A DNA stretch of 64,000 nt. It comes from Mesotaenium endlicherianum. Taxonomy: Eukaryota. Below the pieces are notes generated by a model, which was not told the origin of the DNA, searched no databases, and saw only the letters and a program-made list of their open reading frames with translations. The position numbers and the translations under genes were made by a program. This document shows positions 11,567 through 23,771 of this stretch, piece by piece. The stretch spans positions 196,843 through 260,842 of the forward strand of contig WELA01001056.1 in the NCBI GenBank assembly GCA_009602735.1. The letters are read 5' to 3'. Numbering within the stretch: position 1 is the stretch's first letter; each line of letters starts with the position of its first letter.

Positions 11567-12286
11567 TGAAATGAATCGACTTACCAAATAGGCGATTAAC
11601 AATTAATAAAGATCTTTATATCAGCAAGTAATCTTTATGGTATTTCCGTTAACTAGTTAAACGGCAAAGGACAATACACTAGCAGGGAATAATACTCGTA
11701 AGTCAAATGCGAGTAAACTAGCATCAATGATGCAAATCAGTAAACTCATACATAAGCAAGGTTAGAAGACAGTGCGTATCAATGGCTTCTCGCCTTGGAT
11801 TCAGATCTCTCTCAGTAAGCTGTACAAGAGAGTTGGCCTCGTTTCCGAATGCCGAACTCGAGAGCAATGCCTAGCATATGTACATGGAATGAGTTTACTG
11901 TTCAACGGTCAGTGCGATGGCACCGCCTACCCGGGAGTTAACCACGTTGGTAGGACCTCGGTTAACCAAATCCACCGCCATCTCCCATCATCCCGAATAG
12001 CCATCCATCATAGGGATGTCATCTGGCTATTCATCTAGCATATCGCACTTAGATGCATATCAAGGCAGTTCGCTGCTACCGAGTACGGAAGTCAGCTTGC
12101 TGTCAAAGAATGTGTCAGCAAGCTGACTTATATGGACTTTCAGCCTGCTGCTTTCGACTGAGTCAGCAAACTGATAATTATGTAAAGTCCAGCAGACTGA
12201 CTATTAACTAAAGTTCAGCAGGCTGAACTTAAATAACTATTATATTTAAATGAATATTATATCGACTAATATACTGATTCATTACA
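11567..12286 (-). repeat. Family A 5' LTR of A2
   Basis: 720-bp copy with TG..CA ends; right flank TGGAT belongs to the host pol (W-M-E-F-L). Confidence 0.95.
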
Positions 12287-13843
12287 TGGATGGAGTTTCT
12301 GCAACAATTTGACTACAAGATTGAGTACTTACCTGGGAAGATCAACCCTGCAGACGCTTTATCCAGGAGATGTGACCTTGCAGCTGTTTCAGTTATCAAG
12401 GAGAGTATGGACTTCAAGGAGAAGCTTCAAAGAGGTTACGAGGAGGACCCAGAGTTTGTCGATGGTGGAGCAGCTGAGTCCAACTCAAATATGCAAAAGA
12501 AGGATGACATATGGTATTATGGTGATTCCAAGAGAGTGGTGGTACCTGACATCAAGAAGCTACGAGACTTACTACTTGCGGAGCATCACGATTGCTTATA
12601 TGATGGACACTTTGGAAGTGAGAAGACGGCAAGCATGCTGAAGCGAGAGTACTATTGGAGGAATATGGACAAGGACATCGAGGAGTGAATCAGTGTTTGC
12701 GATGCGTGCCAGCGGAACAAGACGCCGAATCAAAAGAAGGGAGGCACCTTGCAACCCCTGCCTATTCCAGATTATCCTTGGGAGCAGATTGCTATGGACT
12801 TCATCACATCATTACCAACGAGTGGTCAAGGACACGATGCAATATGAAGTGTGTCTGACAGACTCAGCAAGATGGCACACTTCATTCCCATGAAGGAGAC
12901 TTGTACGTCAGCAGATGTGGCACGGCTATTTCTTGATCATATTTTTAGGCTGTATGGGTTGCCAAAGATGATTGTTTCAGATTGGGATCCAAGGTTTACA
13001 AGCAACTTTTGGCGGTCATTGTTTACTTTGATGGGGACTAAGCTGAGCATGAGCACTTCCTATCATCCTCAGACAGACGGGCAGAGTGAGAGGCTCAACA
13101 GAATTCTGCAAGAGGTGCTCAGGAGTTCTACTATGGAAGACCCTTCAGGGTGGAACAACAAGCTGCCAGGGTTGGAGTTTCCCTACAACAACATCATGCA
13201 AGGATCCACGTAGCAGTCACCATTTGCTATGGTTTATGGGAGAGAAGTATATCATCCAGGGAACATCTTGTTGGAGAAGGCCAAGGAGACTCAGGTTCCT
13301 ACAACACAAGCGTGTATGGAGCAGATGGCCAAGACTTGGGACATGGCTAAGAAGTCTATATGGAAGGCGCAAGAAGAGCAGGTCAAGCATGCTAATAAGC
13401 ATCGAAATGAAGTGACATGCCATGTGGACGACAAAGTACTCTTGTCAACAGAGAACCTACCTTTCACAGGCAAGAGGAAACTGCGGGTACGGTTTACAGG
13501 TCCCTTTGTGGTGCTCAAGCAGGTTAATTCAGTGACCTACAAGCTGGAACTTTCTTCAGGCTAGCGTATCCATGATGTGTTCCATGTCAGTTGTTTGCGG
13601 CCATACGTTGACCCGAATGAAGGACATCCAGGACAACTACCGACACCGCCACCACCAATCAAGATCGATGATGTGTTGGAGTATGAAGTGGAGGCGATTG
13701 TTGGCGATTGACGAGTCAAGCGAGGTCAACGATTTGTTCAAGACTATCTGGATAAGTGGAAAGGCTACCATGCGGACGACAACACTTAGGAGCCGGAGGC
13801 CAACTTGACTCATTGTAAGAGTAAGTTGAGACGTTACTTGTAG
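12287..13843 (+). pseudogene. pol: Family C Gypsy pol 3' part (end of RNase H, integrase, chromodomain), with stops; interrupted by A2
   Basis: [49 protein letters not shown]. Confidence 0.9.
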
Positions 13844-13881
13844 AATGCGTCGAGGACGTCGCATCTTGAGGAGGGGGATGA

Positions 13882-14624
13882 TGTAAGGTCATAAGTTTAT
13901 AAAGTGCATTTTAAATTCCATGAAATATATATTCTGATTGCATAGTAGTGTACAGTGCATTTTTGTGGTTACTTTGATATAAAGTTCATTGAATGTGGTC
14001 AAGTATTGAGAGAGTTATGGATTTCCGAAGTTTAATTAATTTTGAGGTTGGTTGACGACTGTCCTTAATTTGCGGTGAGCGCGACCGTTGGATTGACCGA
14101 CAGCGTCGAGCGATCTGGGCCGTTAGAGTGAATTCAAATCTTCACGTAATTTCGGCTGACGCGGAGTGCCGACCAGGTCGATTTACCTAGAAGTTTCGGA
14201 ATAGCCTAGCGCGTCTAAATTAGTATATTCTAGATATTTCGATGCATGTGGACGTCAAATCGGCCCGACACGTCAGATGAGACTGATCTGACTTACTCAT
14301 GAATGTTCTGGAAGGGACGATCTGAAAAACACTTAGGAAAATCCGTTGCTAAGCGGCCCTCCCGCCTAGAGAGGAGGACTTAGGTCGAAAAACCATTAAT
14401 AGGCATAACTACCTCATTTCCTATCAGTTTTCACTTTTGTAAATTTTTACGAGTTTGTAATGACAAGATCTTTCATCCTAGTCCATTTGTGAGCAGTTTC
14501 TTGCTACTCAAAATGTCAAGTAATTTTTTTAAGCTTTCTTAGTGATATGCCGCTGCAATCTTTAGTATGATTGCAACTAATTCTTTTCCTCATGAGTCAT
14601 TACGCTTCCACTAGGACACCCTAC
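13882..14624 (+). repeat. Family C 3' LTR (3' end slightly truncated), preceded by PPT 13868-13881
   Basis: GAGGAGGGGGATGA-TGTAAG; 14063-14624 matches the reverse complement of the PBS-adjacent LTR at ~36345-36903. Confidence 0.85.
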
Positions 14625-14625
14625 G

Positions 14626-15369
14626 CAAGGAGTACATCAAATTCAGACGAAGTCGACTGGTGTTGTCATGAAAGAGCTGAAGAGATTCATGGGGTGGAGC
14701 GCAGGACCGTGGAGTAGGACAACTGCGGAGGGCAAAGGGATCTCGGTGTCGACGAGGCTACTTGCTCAGAAAGGTTTGCACACCTTTGTGGGTATGGTGG
14801 GTTACCGTACCAAAGATATGCATACAAATTCTACTTTCCTGCTTCTGAGGAAAGGTGTCACTGACGAGATGATAGCGAAAGGGAGTGACATGTATCTGGC
14901 TCTTGGTGACGTAAAGAATAAAAATTGGGTAGGAATTAACATTAACTCGCTGTATGAGAGAGTTTGGCATTACTGGGTATACAGCTTGAGGAAGGACGGC
15001 GAGCGTTATCCGAATACAGCTTCTGTCTTATTACACATGATCAAGTCTGGAAGGTACTATCCTTGAACGCATCTCATGGCACAGGGTGGCAGGGGAGTGA
15101 ACCTCGCCAGAGACAAGGCCATGTTTGTAATGATGACCAGGCCGCAGGACACAAGGATAGAAGATATTTACATCGTTTTTCTTAATTATGACGAGCCTGT
15201 TCCTGACATGAGGGGAGGGAGGTACTACTATGTACAAGGTGCTGTGCTAGGTGAGAATTGCGACAGACCACTGCCTGTAAATGTTGACGGGAGGGGGGGG
15301 CATCCTGAAGGGGAGGTGTCTCAACCATGGATAGATGATGTAGAAGTCGTTGAGGTTTTGGCGCTGTAG
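14626..15369 (+). pseudogene. Probable Replitron-type HUH (Y1) transposase fragment, 5'-truncated, internal stop at 15064-15066
   Basis: QGV...KELKRFMGW...QKGLHTFVGMVGYRTKD...VLLHMIKSGRYYP...PQDTRIEDIYIVF resembles my recollection of plant/algal Replitron proteins; not database-checked. Confidence 0.65.
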
Positions 15370-15637
15370 CAGTGCGAGCTGTTGTTTATTTCGACGGTTT
15401 TGTACTACATGCTGTCATAAAGTATGTTATTGTGTCGCGATGTTGCAATTGTGTGTTGATGTTTTGTTTTGTCGTTATCGATCGCGGCTGCTTGTGAGGG
15501 GAGATTTTTTGCCCCCTCACAAACATTCAATTGCGATGCATAATGGGAACGAAACACAAACAAATACTATTATCTTCAACAAAGTAAGACAAATGCAACA
15601 CAAAACCAATTGACTCTAATACAAAGACAATCGCAAA

Positions 15638-15960
15638 CTAAGTACCAGGGGCTCTATATTTCGGAGAGAGAGACTTTGAACTGGATCTCCTTCTCCTGTC
15701 TGATGGCCTCCTGAAACTTTGGGGCTCAGACCAGGGTGAACCAAGGGGTGAACGCAGCAACTGGACAGCCTGCACTTGCACTGTCTGCAAGTTGATGGAG
15801 ATTGCTCTCTCCTGTGCAGCTCTCAAACTGACAGTGACATACACTGGCATATCGGAGGGGTGTTGCATGACATGGGTAAGGGCACATGCTTTCTATGAGA
15901 GGGGGATGCTGGCTGCCCTCTGGCTGCCTCCTTGGCAACCCTTCTGTTTGCTCTGTCGAC
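15638..15960 (-). pseudogene. C-terminal remnant of the family A accessory ORF
   Basis: MQHPSDMPVYV...LLRSP...FRRPSDRRRRSSS matches the C-termini of the other two copies. Confidence 0.75.
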
Positions 15961-16619
15961 TGAGTCTGAAATGAATCTTCCTTATTCAAGATTAACATAT
16001 TTCATTTAAATACATGAGATCAAAGATAGGTGGAAGCGTGTGAAACCAGGGACCAATCTTTGCCCTTATAATGAATTCCATTTACTCATCTACACCCCTT
16101 GACTCACTTACCGTAGTGTACCATAGTTGCACACTAACACGAGGCACAAGTAAGAGGCGAGCTGGAGGACTTGAGCTTCTCCTTTAGAAACTCATGGCCT
16201 CTTGCCTACCAGGCATGCAAGCATGAATAGCACATGCACAACATCAGGGGACTGAATAGCAAAGGCGCTCTCATTCAGATGACCATAATGTAGCTAAAAC
16301 ACATCCCACTTACTTAGGTGCAAAACCATGGAATCTGTCCGCTGTGTGACCCCAAAATGTCAGAGAACATACCTCTGCCAATACTACTCCAAATTGAGCA
16401 AACCTAACGGCAACAGGTGCATCTTGACGAGACCTTTTTGAAAACGCCTAGTTTGCCCCATTTGGAGCGCAGACAAAGCAGCCATGTCAATTTCCATGAA
16501 GGCTAGTCATTAGAACGAACCCAAAAGTGCACACATGACTTGCAAGTAGAAATCCGACTGTAAAGCCTACTGTCCAGAATGAGGGACCACGAGATCCCAG
16601 CCTGCTATGTACCTAGTGA

Positions 16620-17173
16620 CCACCTGGTTGACCACGGCGCAAGGTGCGCCGTTTTGTGGGAAACTCGTTAAGTTGGAACCCACGGATCTAGGTATAACGA
16701 CCACATTAATTGGTCGGTTGACTGAAGTCCTAATTGTTCAGTTGACTGACGACGGCTTCGCCTACCCAGGACTTAACCACACTGGTAGGACATCGGTTTA
16801 CCGAATCTCAGTCGACCTTCCGACTTTCAATATACTACGGTCATTTGTGCCAATCTACAAATAATAATTTAAATGAATATATCTACCCTTAGCGTACTGA
16901 AGCTAAGTATACTGACTAATATTATGCGAGCTTACTATATGTCATCCTGCTGATATTACATCCTATGTAAAACTGATATATAAATCTCAGCAAACTACAC
17001 TATGATACAAAAGTCATCCTGCTGACCTTTTTGACAAAGAAAGTAACCTCGCATTACATCGACATACATTCATTTAAATGAACTCGCGCATGTGAGTATA
17101 TTGACATAATACTTATTTAGTGTTGTATTTATACATGCAAATAATTAAATAAATAATGAACTGATTCATTACA
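16620..17173 (-). repeat. Diverged A-related LTR (left boundary uncertain) with PPT 17174-17188
   Basis: Same TGTAATGAATCAG terminus; CGCCTACCC..TTAACCAC..TGGTAGGAC block shared with the A LTR; same pre-PPT hairpin. Confidence 0.65.
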
Positions 17174-18903
17174 ATCTCCCCAACTTAAATTGTTGTCGCC
17201 TCGACAACACTCAGCATACAATTCATTTATTCAATAATACACTTTAGTCAATTAGGTGAAGTAAAGCAAGCAAACAAAACATGAGCGTGATATATTTACC
17301 TACCCAATGGAAGTAAAAAAATTAATCACAGCAAACTGTCCTACAAGCCACCATCTGACTTCACCATCATAAACTGAAGACATGCATGGATTTACCCCTA
17401 CTCACAGTAGTCCTTCCAGTTGAAAGACACAATAGAGCACCTCACACCATGCAAACCACACCCAAATCAAACAGCCTCCTTTCGAGGTCAAACAATGAAA
17501 GAATGTTATTAAGGCTCAGCCAACAGAACTAAGCCTTTTCTCCTTCTCTTGGTCTTCAACTCCTGCCGTGCTCTAACACTAAGTTCAAAGAAACATATGA
17601 TTTTGAGCAATATGCTGGTCACCTCAAGCAGGTCCCTGATGTGCCATGCATCATTGCTACCCAATCCCAAGTTATGGCAATGTACTTACTCAGGTAGTAC
17701 GTACACTTGCTCCAACAGTGTACTGCAACTCACTGTTTACACCAGTCAGTCACTGATGCTCCTCATAATAATGCAGTATACACATAGGATGTGGCAGTGT
17801 ATGACCCGGTTAGTACATACACTTGCTGCTGAGTATGCAGGTAAGCACAGCTTACTGAATACTCCTAATACACATCCCATCTCCCTCTCCCCAACTTAAA
17901 TAGCTGTCGACCCGACAGCTCTAACCACATAAGCACAACAAGAAGTGCCTACAACTCCACATCATAAAAACCACACAGAGTGACAGTCACAGAGGATTGC
18001 GGCGGTACGAGTGGGTGGAGAAGAAGCAACAAGGGAAAGCCGAGAGAGGACACAAAGTGCAAACACCCAAGTAAGCAAGAAAGAAAGTCCCGCCTCCCAA
18101 AAAAATAGTCCATTTTTCAGGATTAGAGCAATGCCCAGAGTGGCATAGGGAAGAGTGCACTGCAATTCAGACCCTCTCATCATAAAGCTCTATCCATGAA
18201 TAACCCAAACTCAAGCCAGCGTATTACACCCCTCCATTTGGAAGTGTAGATTGCTTGCTATGAGATAAAGACAACCGGCCCCATTAGCACGTTCCTCCAA
18301 TACCAAAGAGTAGCTCAGTTAGCTGACTCTACCAACGCATGCATACAATGACTCATATTAGTCCTTCCTAGCAAGACATACGCCGAAATGACAACCACCA
18401 AATAGTGAGAGTCAACAATCCAAGTGAAAAGGGAACAAAAACAACCAACTGTATCATAGTTCTGATGTTTCAGGATACTCCCTCCTACAGGCCTTACTGC
18501 CTGAAGTTGCCCAGAGGACAGGTGGGGAAGCGTCACGTGGCAGCGTCCAGCATGCCAACTCCTTGGCCTCTCTCGACCTGTATGTCACCATTGCTTCACA
18601 CTCTGCTTGCTGGTCTCAGTCTGTCAAACAGACAACAAGCCAGTGTGCAAGTTACCTTCCATGAGCTTAGCTACGCGTGGTAAACACCACACCCTAGCTG
18701 CATCAGTCTACTCGAGATCTGATGCCTCCATCTTACATAGTTCCCGGGAGGGCGAGGCAATTGAGCAAACTTGGACTCTAAATGACCGGCTACTTATGGA
18801 CTACAGCCAAGTAAATTTTCAAAATTTATAATGCAGAGACCTATCACCAGTAGCAGTTTTAGTTTTCTGTCCAGAAACTGTGAGAAGAGAAGAGTGTCTA
18901 ATG

Positions 18904-21900
18904 TCAATTTTTCCTCTTTCTTGTTCTTGCAGGCTGCCTCCAAGGGGTACTCTGCTGCTTCTTGATGGTGGCAGGCTGCCTCCCTGAATTCTTCGGGCTT
19001 CTAGTAGAGAGACTTGGGGCTGGTCCAAGATGGGGGTTGGCGGCATGGAAGCGCTTCAACTTTCTCTGAACTTTGTCAAGGTAGTGCGCCGCCACCCAAC
19101 TATTCTCCAAATCTGGATATCCTTTCCACTTGATCAAGTGTTGCTGCTGTCGCCTGAAATTTCTCATAGCCACTATGTCTTCAACTTCGTACTCCAAATG
19201 ATCATCCACTATTGTTGGGGCTGGTGGGGTTGTCACACGTCCTGGGAACTTGTTGTCGGGTTGCACATATGGCTTGAAGAGGGAAGCGTGGAATACGGGG
19301 TCGATGTGCATAGTCTGGGGAAGTTCTAGCTTGAAAGCAACGGGGTTGACTTGCTGGATAATCTTGAAGGGTCCCAAATACTTGGGAGAGAACTTGCTGC
19401 CGGCAGGCCTGTTGTTCAGGGAAATATTCTTGGATGATAGTAACACGTTGTCACCCGCTCTGTACGTAATTTCTCTTCTGGATCTGTTCGCCACTCTTGC
19501 TTGAGCATCTTGCGCGTGTTGTAGAGCTTTCTTCGCTGCTGTAAGGGCTGCTTCTAATGTCTCCATAAAATCTGTGGCTGCAGGTACTTCATCATGGCCA
19601 GCCGTGAAGCTCAGTGGCGTGGTCGGATGGAAGCCATAGTTGAGGAAGAATGGGGACTCTTGGGTAGAGGCCTGCGTAGTGTTGTTGTAGGCAAACTCGA
19701 GGGGGGTCAAGTACATGTCCCAGTCTTGCTCGAGGGTAGACACGTAGGCCTTTAGAGAGGTCTTTAGGGTACGATTCATACGCTCGGTTTGCCCATCTGA
19801 TTGTGGGTGGTAGGCAGTAGACATATCCAGCGATGTACCCAAGTTCTTGAAGAGATTTTTCCAGAAATGGCTTGTGAATCTTGGATCTCTATCTGACACA
19901 ATTCTTGATGGTAGTCCATGGAGTCGGAAGATGTTGTCAAAGATGAGTCTTGCAAGTTGTGGTGCTGTAGCCTTAGTCGTCGTGGGAATAAAATGAGCCA
20001 TCTTGGTAAGTCTGTCCACCACCGTGAGTATTGCATTATGGCCTCGAGGTGTCACGGGCAAGTCCACGATAAGGTCCATTGAGATGTCCGTCCATTGTCT
20101 TTCGGGGATTGGTAGTGGTTGGAGGAGTCCTCCCGCCTTTTGCGATGATGGCTTGATTCTTTGGCATGTGTCACAGCTCCTGCAGTACTCCTTGACTTGC
20201 TTAGACATGCCTGGCCAACAATAAGTCCTAGCTAGAACGCCCGTGGTCCTTAGGATTCCAAAGTGTCCTCCAAGAGGGTTGTCGTGTGCTTCTCGTAGAA
20301 GCAAGAGCCGGAGGTCTAAGTCATTAGGAACACATCTCTGGCCCGTATCTTGCCTCACCCAATAATTGCCTTCTTGCTTCTTGCATGGGTCCAAGGCTGC
20401 TTCTCCGTTCTTGTAGTAAGGGTCTCTTTCATAGGCGGCTGAAAATCGAGCTTCCAGATCTGTCTTCAGGGATACCATCACTGCATTTAATTGCAGTCTT
20501 GAGAGGGGGTCAGCCGGGTTTGTCTTGCCGGGCTGGTACTGAATCGTGATGTTGTATTGTTGCAAGTATCCGCTCCATCTTGCTTGTCTCCTTGAGAGAT
20601 ACGGCTGCGTTTGGAGGTGCTTTAACGCCTCGTGGTCCGTGGTGACCAGTACTTTGCGTCCTTCAACGTAGCAGCGCCAAACCTTCAAGGCATGTACAAT
20701 CGCCAATGCCTCTCGCTCCGTGGTTGTATAATTTTGCTCGGCTGGATTTAGCTTCCTTGACTCGTAGGCGATGGGCTGCAGTCCCTTGCCTTGGTCTTGA
20801 AGCAGGATTGCTCCTATTGCATAGGAAGATGCATCGGTGATGACGTGGAAGGGCCAATCTGGGTTTGGACTTGGGAGTGTGAGCACCGGGGATGTGGTCA
20901 ATCTTCGCTTTAACTCTTGAAATGCCTCTTCCTCTTTCTCGGTCCATGTATATAGCCTGTCCTTCTTGAGTAGATCTGTCAGGGGGGCTGCTATGTGCGA
21001 GAAGCCTTGGATGAATTTTCTGTACCAATTGGCAAATCCCAAGAATGACTGGAGTTCTTTCTTGGTCGTGGGGGTTGGCCATTCCTCCACCACCGTGGTC
21101 TTCTTGGGGTCCATCTTGATGCCATCAGCAGTCACGTGGAGACCTAGGAACTCCACTTCTTGTTTGGCAAACTCGCACTTTGACTCCTTCGCAAATAGCT
21201 TGTTTTGCTTCAATACTTCAAGGACTTCTTTCAAGTGTCTCGCATGCTCTTCAAGGGTCTTGCTGTAGATAAGGATGTCATCGATGAATACCACCACAAA
21301 TCTGTCCAACATGGGCTGAAATATGGTGTTCATCATAGTCATGAAAGTTGCTGGCGCGTTGGTGAGTCCAAATGGCAGGACCATGAACTCAAAATGTCCA
21401 TATCTTGTCCTGAATGCCGTCTTCTCTATGTCCGGTTCTGCGATGCGAATCTGGTGGTAGCCGCTCCGTAAGTCAATCTTCGTGAAGTACTTGGCTCCAA
21501 CCAGCCGGTCCATGAGCTCATCCATGCGCGGCAGCGGGTATCGATTCTTGATGGTGATCTTGTTGAGGGCGCGATAGTCCACACACATCCTCAAGGTACC
21601 ATCTTTCTTCTTGACAAATAGCACCGGGGCTCCAAATGGCGACTTGCTAGGTCGAATGAAGCCATGCTCCAGTAGCTCCTTGATTTGCTTCTTGACTTCG
21701 TCTAGCTCCGTGTATGACATTTTGAACGTAGGCCGAGAGATGGGCTTGCTTCCGGGCTCCAACTCTATCTTGTGGTCTACGAATCTTTTGGGGGGTAGGC
21801 CCTTGGGCAATTCCGGGGAGAACACTTCTTTGTAGTCCTCTAAGACTTCTTGTATCTCCTTGGGAACGGGGCTGCCTTCTTGACTCTCGATGTCTTTCTT

Positions 21901-22569
21901 GATGTCTTTTGGCGTGATCAAGGCCAAAAGAAGCTCGTGTCCCTTCCTCACAAGTCTCTTGAGTTGGAGGGCGGACAATAGTATCTCGTGTGCCGGCTTC
22001 TGGATGTCTTGGGTCTGGATATTCTGGATTGCGCGCAAAATACAGATTCTTGAAGTGATGTCATTCTTGATCTTGATAGTACCGGTCCTCCAATCAACTT
22101 GGGGGTTGTGCTTGGTCAACCAAGGCGTCCCTAGGATGACGTCGTACTTGCCCAATTGCATGGGGGAGAACACTACTCTATCCTTGAAGGACTTGATAGA
22201 GAGTGCCAAGGGGTACGTCTTCTTGGAAGGGGTAGTATAGGAGAATCCATCGGGCATCATAATCTCCTCGTCGTGGTCAAGAGTTCGCATAGTAATACCG
22301 TGCTTGGTGGCAAAATCTGCAGCAATGAAGTTGCCTTGAGCTCCGCTGTCCACCAAGATGTGGACCTTCTCTCCTCCAAGGTAACCTCTCAAACTCATTG
22401 GGGCTGGAACGTCGTCTTCAACGGGTATCTCCACCTCACTTGGCTTGTTGTCTTCTCGTGAAGTGGGTCTTGGGGTGGTAGGCTCCTGGCCTACCGGCGT
22501 TGTCCGTTTTTTGACAACTTTTTGGGGCATGAAAGTGCACGATGGCCCTTTTCCTTGCAATAAAAGCAT
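18904..22569 (-). CDS. pol: Family B Pol (PR-RT-RH-IN-chromodomain), intact frame
   Basis: [51 protein letters not shown]. Confidence 0.95.
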   Translation of the reverse strand: MLLLQGKGPSCTFMPQKVVKKRTTPVGQEPTTPRPTSREDNKPSEVEIPVEDDVPAPMSLRGYLGGEKVHILVDSGAQGNFIAADFATKHGITMRTLDHDEEIMMPDGFSYTTPSKKTYPLALSIKSFKDRVVFSPMQLGKYDVILGTPWLTKHNPQVDWRTGTIKIKNDITSRICILRAIQNIQTQDIQKPAHEILLSALQLKRLVRKGHELLLALITPKDIKKDIESQEGSPVPKEIQEVLEDYKEVFSPELPKGLPPKRFVDHKIELEPGSKPISRPTFKMSYTELDEVKKQIKELLEHGFIRPSKSPFGAPVLFVKKKDGTLRMCVDYRALNKITIKNRYPLPRMDELMDRLVGAKYFTKIDLRSGYHQIRIAEPDIEKTAFRTRYGHFEFMVLPFGLTNAPATFMTMMNTIFQPMLDRFVVVFIDDILIYSKTLEEHARHLKEVLEVLKQNKLFAKESKCEFAKQEVEFLGLHVTADGIKMDPKKTTVVEEWPTPTTKKELQSFLGFANWYRKFIQGFSHIAAPLTDLLKKDRLYTWTEKEEEAFQELKRRLTTSPVLTLPSPNPDWPFHVITDASSYAIGAILLQDQGKGLQPIAYESRKLNPAEQNYTTTEREALAIVHALKVWRCYVEGRKVLVTTDHEALKHLQTQPYLSRRQARWSGYLQQYNITIQYQPGKTNPADPLSRLQLNAVMVSLKTDLEARFSAAYERDPYYKNGEAALDPCKKQEGNYWVRQDTGQRCVPNDLDLRLLLLREAHDNPLGGHFGILRTTGVLARTYCWPGMSKQVKEYCRSCDTCQRIKPSSQKAGGLLQPLPIPERQWTDISMDLIVDLPVTPRGHNAILTVVDRLTKMAHFIPTTTKATAPQLARLIFDNIFRLHGLPSRIVSDRDPRFTSHFWKNLFKNLGTSLDMSTAYHPQSDGQTERMNRTLKTSLKAYVSTLEQDWDMYLTPLEFAYNNTTQASTQESPFFLNYGFHPTTPLSFTAGHDEVPAATDFMETLEAALTAAKKALQHAQDAQARVANRSRREITYRAGDNVLLSSKNISLNNRPAGSKFSPKYLGPFKIIQQVNPVAFKLELPQTMHIDPVFHASLFKPYVQPDNKFPGRVTTPPAPTIVDDHLEYEVEDIVAMRNFRRQQQHLIKWKGYPDLENSWVAAHYLDKVQRKLKRFHAANPHLGPAPSLSTRSPKNSGRQPATIKKQQSTPWRQPARTRKRKN

Positions 22570-23771
22570 AGTCCAGCCGTCATGAGAGCTTCTTTTTCAG
22601 CCGGGGAGAGTCTTGCTTTCACTCCTTGCTGGTTTCTTGCATCATAAGTGTCATTGGAGGGTCTTCCACTCTTCCGGGCAGCCGCGGGGTCCCTTTTAAT
22701 AACCCCGATTTCCATGGGTGTGGGTCCAGATTCGGATGTGGAAGGGGCTGCGTACACCCGCGTCGCCGAAACCCGTGAAGATGGAGGCACGAAGTGCTTG
22801 AAATCCAAGATATCCACCTTTTGGGCCACTTCAATGATCCTTGAGAAGTCCGTCAAGTCGCGTAATTCCACTTTTTTTGCCACCTTGGGCTTGAGGCCAA
22901 AGATGTAGCGGTCAATCTTCTCCTCGAGAGACGTGTTGGGGATCTCAAAAGTGAGGGCGTGAAATCTGGATGTATACTCTTGAACGGACGTTGTTTGCTT
23001 GAGATGGTGGAGCTTTCCTCGGGCAATCTTCTCCGCATTGATAGGCATGAATTGCTTCTTGAGGGCCTCACGAAAATCTGCCCATCTTGCATATGATGGT
23101 GGGGGCTCTTGGTCGACCATGGGGTGCGCCATAGCTTGATATATAGCCGCTTGATAGTTACGCCACCATGATGTTGCTGCTCCTCTAAGCAAGGTAACGG
23201 CAAAGGGAACGTAGTCCTCCTCGGGTACTTCAAGAAATGCGAGGTAGGTCTCCTCTTGGTAGAGCCATAAATTCAGGTTGGCACCTTTCCTGGGGTTGAA
23301 AGTGTCGGGTTTGCCGGGCTTGATGAGTTTCCTTGCTCTCGTTGGCTCTTGTGGAGGCGCTTGAGCCGGGGCTGGATTTTGAGCATTGCTCGCAATAGGG
23401 GCAACCATGGCAGCCATAGCTTCTCTTGACGCTTGCACGGTTGCTTCATAGGTGGCCAAGCCCACTTGGTTGTGGACGGTCATTAGGAAGGCTGCCCACT
23501 CATTTGCGGGAACTCCTTGTGGTGGGGTCAACTTTGCTATAGCGGCTGCCACGGGATTTGACGGTGCTCCTCCTTGTGGTGCTTCTTGTTGTTGCAGATT
23601 TCCTTGAGTAGGCTCTCCCATCGACGCTGGAGGAGGGTGTGCTCCTCCTTGTGGTGCTTCTTGTTGTTGCAGATTTTCTTGAGTGGGCTCTCCCATCGGC
23701 GCTGGAGGAGGGTGTCTTGGAGAGGAAGGGCTTCCTTCGAAAGCTTGCTGTTGGTCTTGAGGATCGGCCAT
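22491..23771 (-). CDS. gag: Family B Gag, 426 aa
   Basis: [32 protein letters not shown]. Confidence 0.93.
   Translation of the reverse strand: MADPQDQQQAFEGSPSSPRHPPPAPMGEPTQENLQQQEAPQGGAHPPPASMGEPTQGNLQQQEAPQGGAPSNPVAAAIAKLTPPQGVPANEWAAFLMTVHNQVGLATYEATVQASREAMAAMVAPIASNAQNPAPAQAPPQEPTRARKLIKPGKPDTFNPRKGANLNLWLYQEETYLAFLEVPEEDYVPFAVTLLRGAATSWWRNYQAAIYQAMAHPMVDQEPPPSYARWADFREALKKQFMPINAEKIARGKLHHLKQTTSVQEYTSRFHALTFEIPNTSLEEKIDRYIFGLKPKVAKKVELRDLTDFSRIIEVAQKVDILDFKHFVPPSSRVSATRVYAAPSTSESGPTPMEIGVIKRDPAAARKSGRPSNDTYDARNQQGVKARLSPAEKEALMTAGLCFYCKEKGHRALSCPKKLSKNGQRR

Larger units (their letters stand above)
3722..12286 (-). mobile_element. Family A chromovirus copy A2 (contains assembly gap 9206-10144)
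   Basis: LTR-PBS-gag-pol(chromodomain)-accessory ORF-PPT-LTR. Confidence 0.95.
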
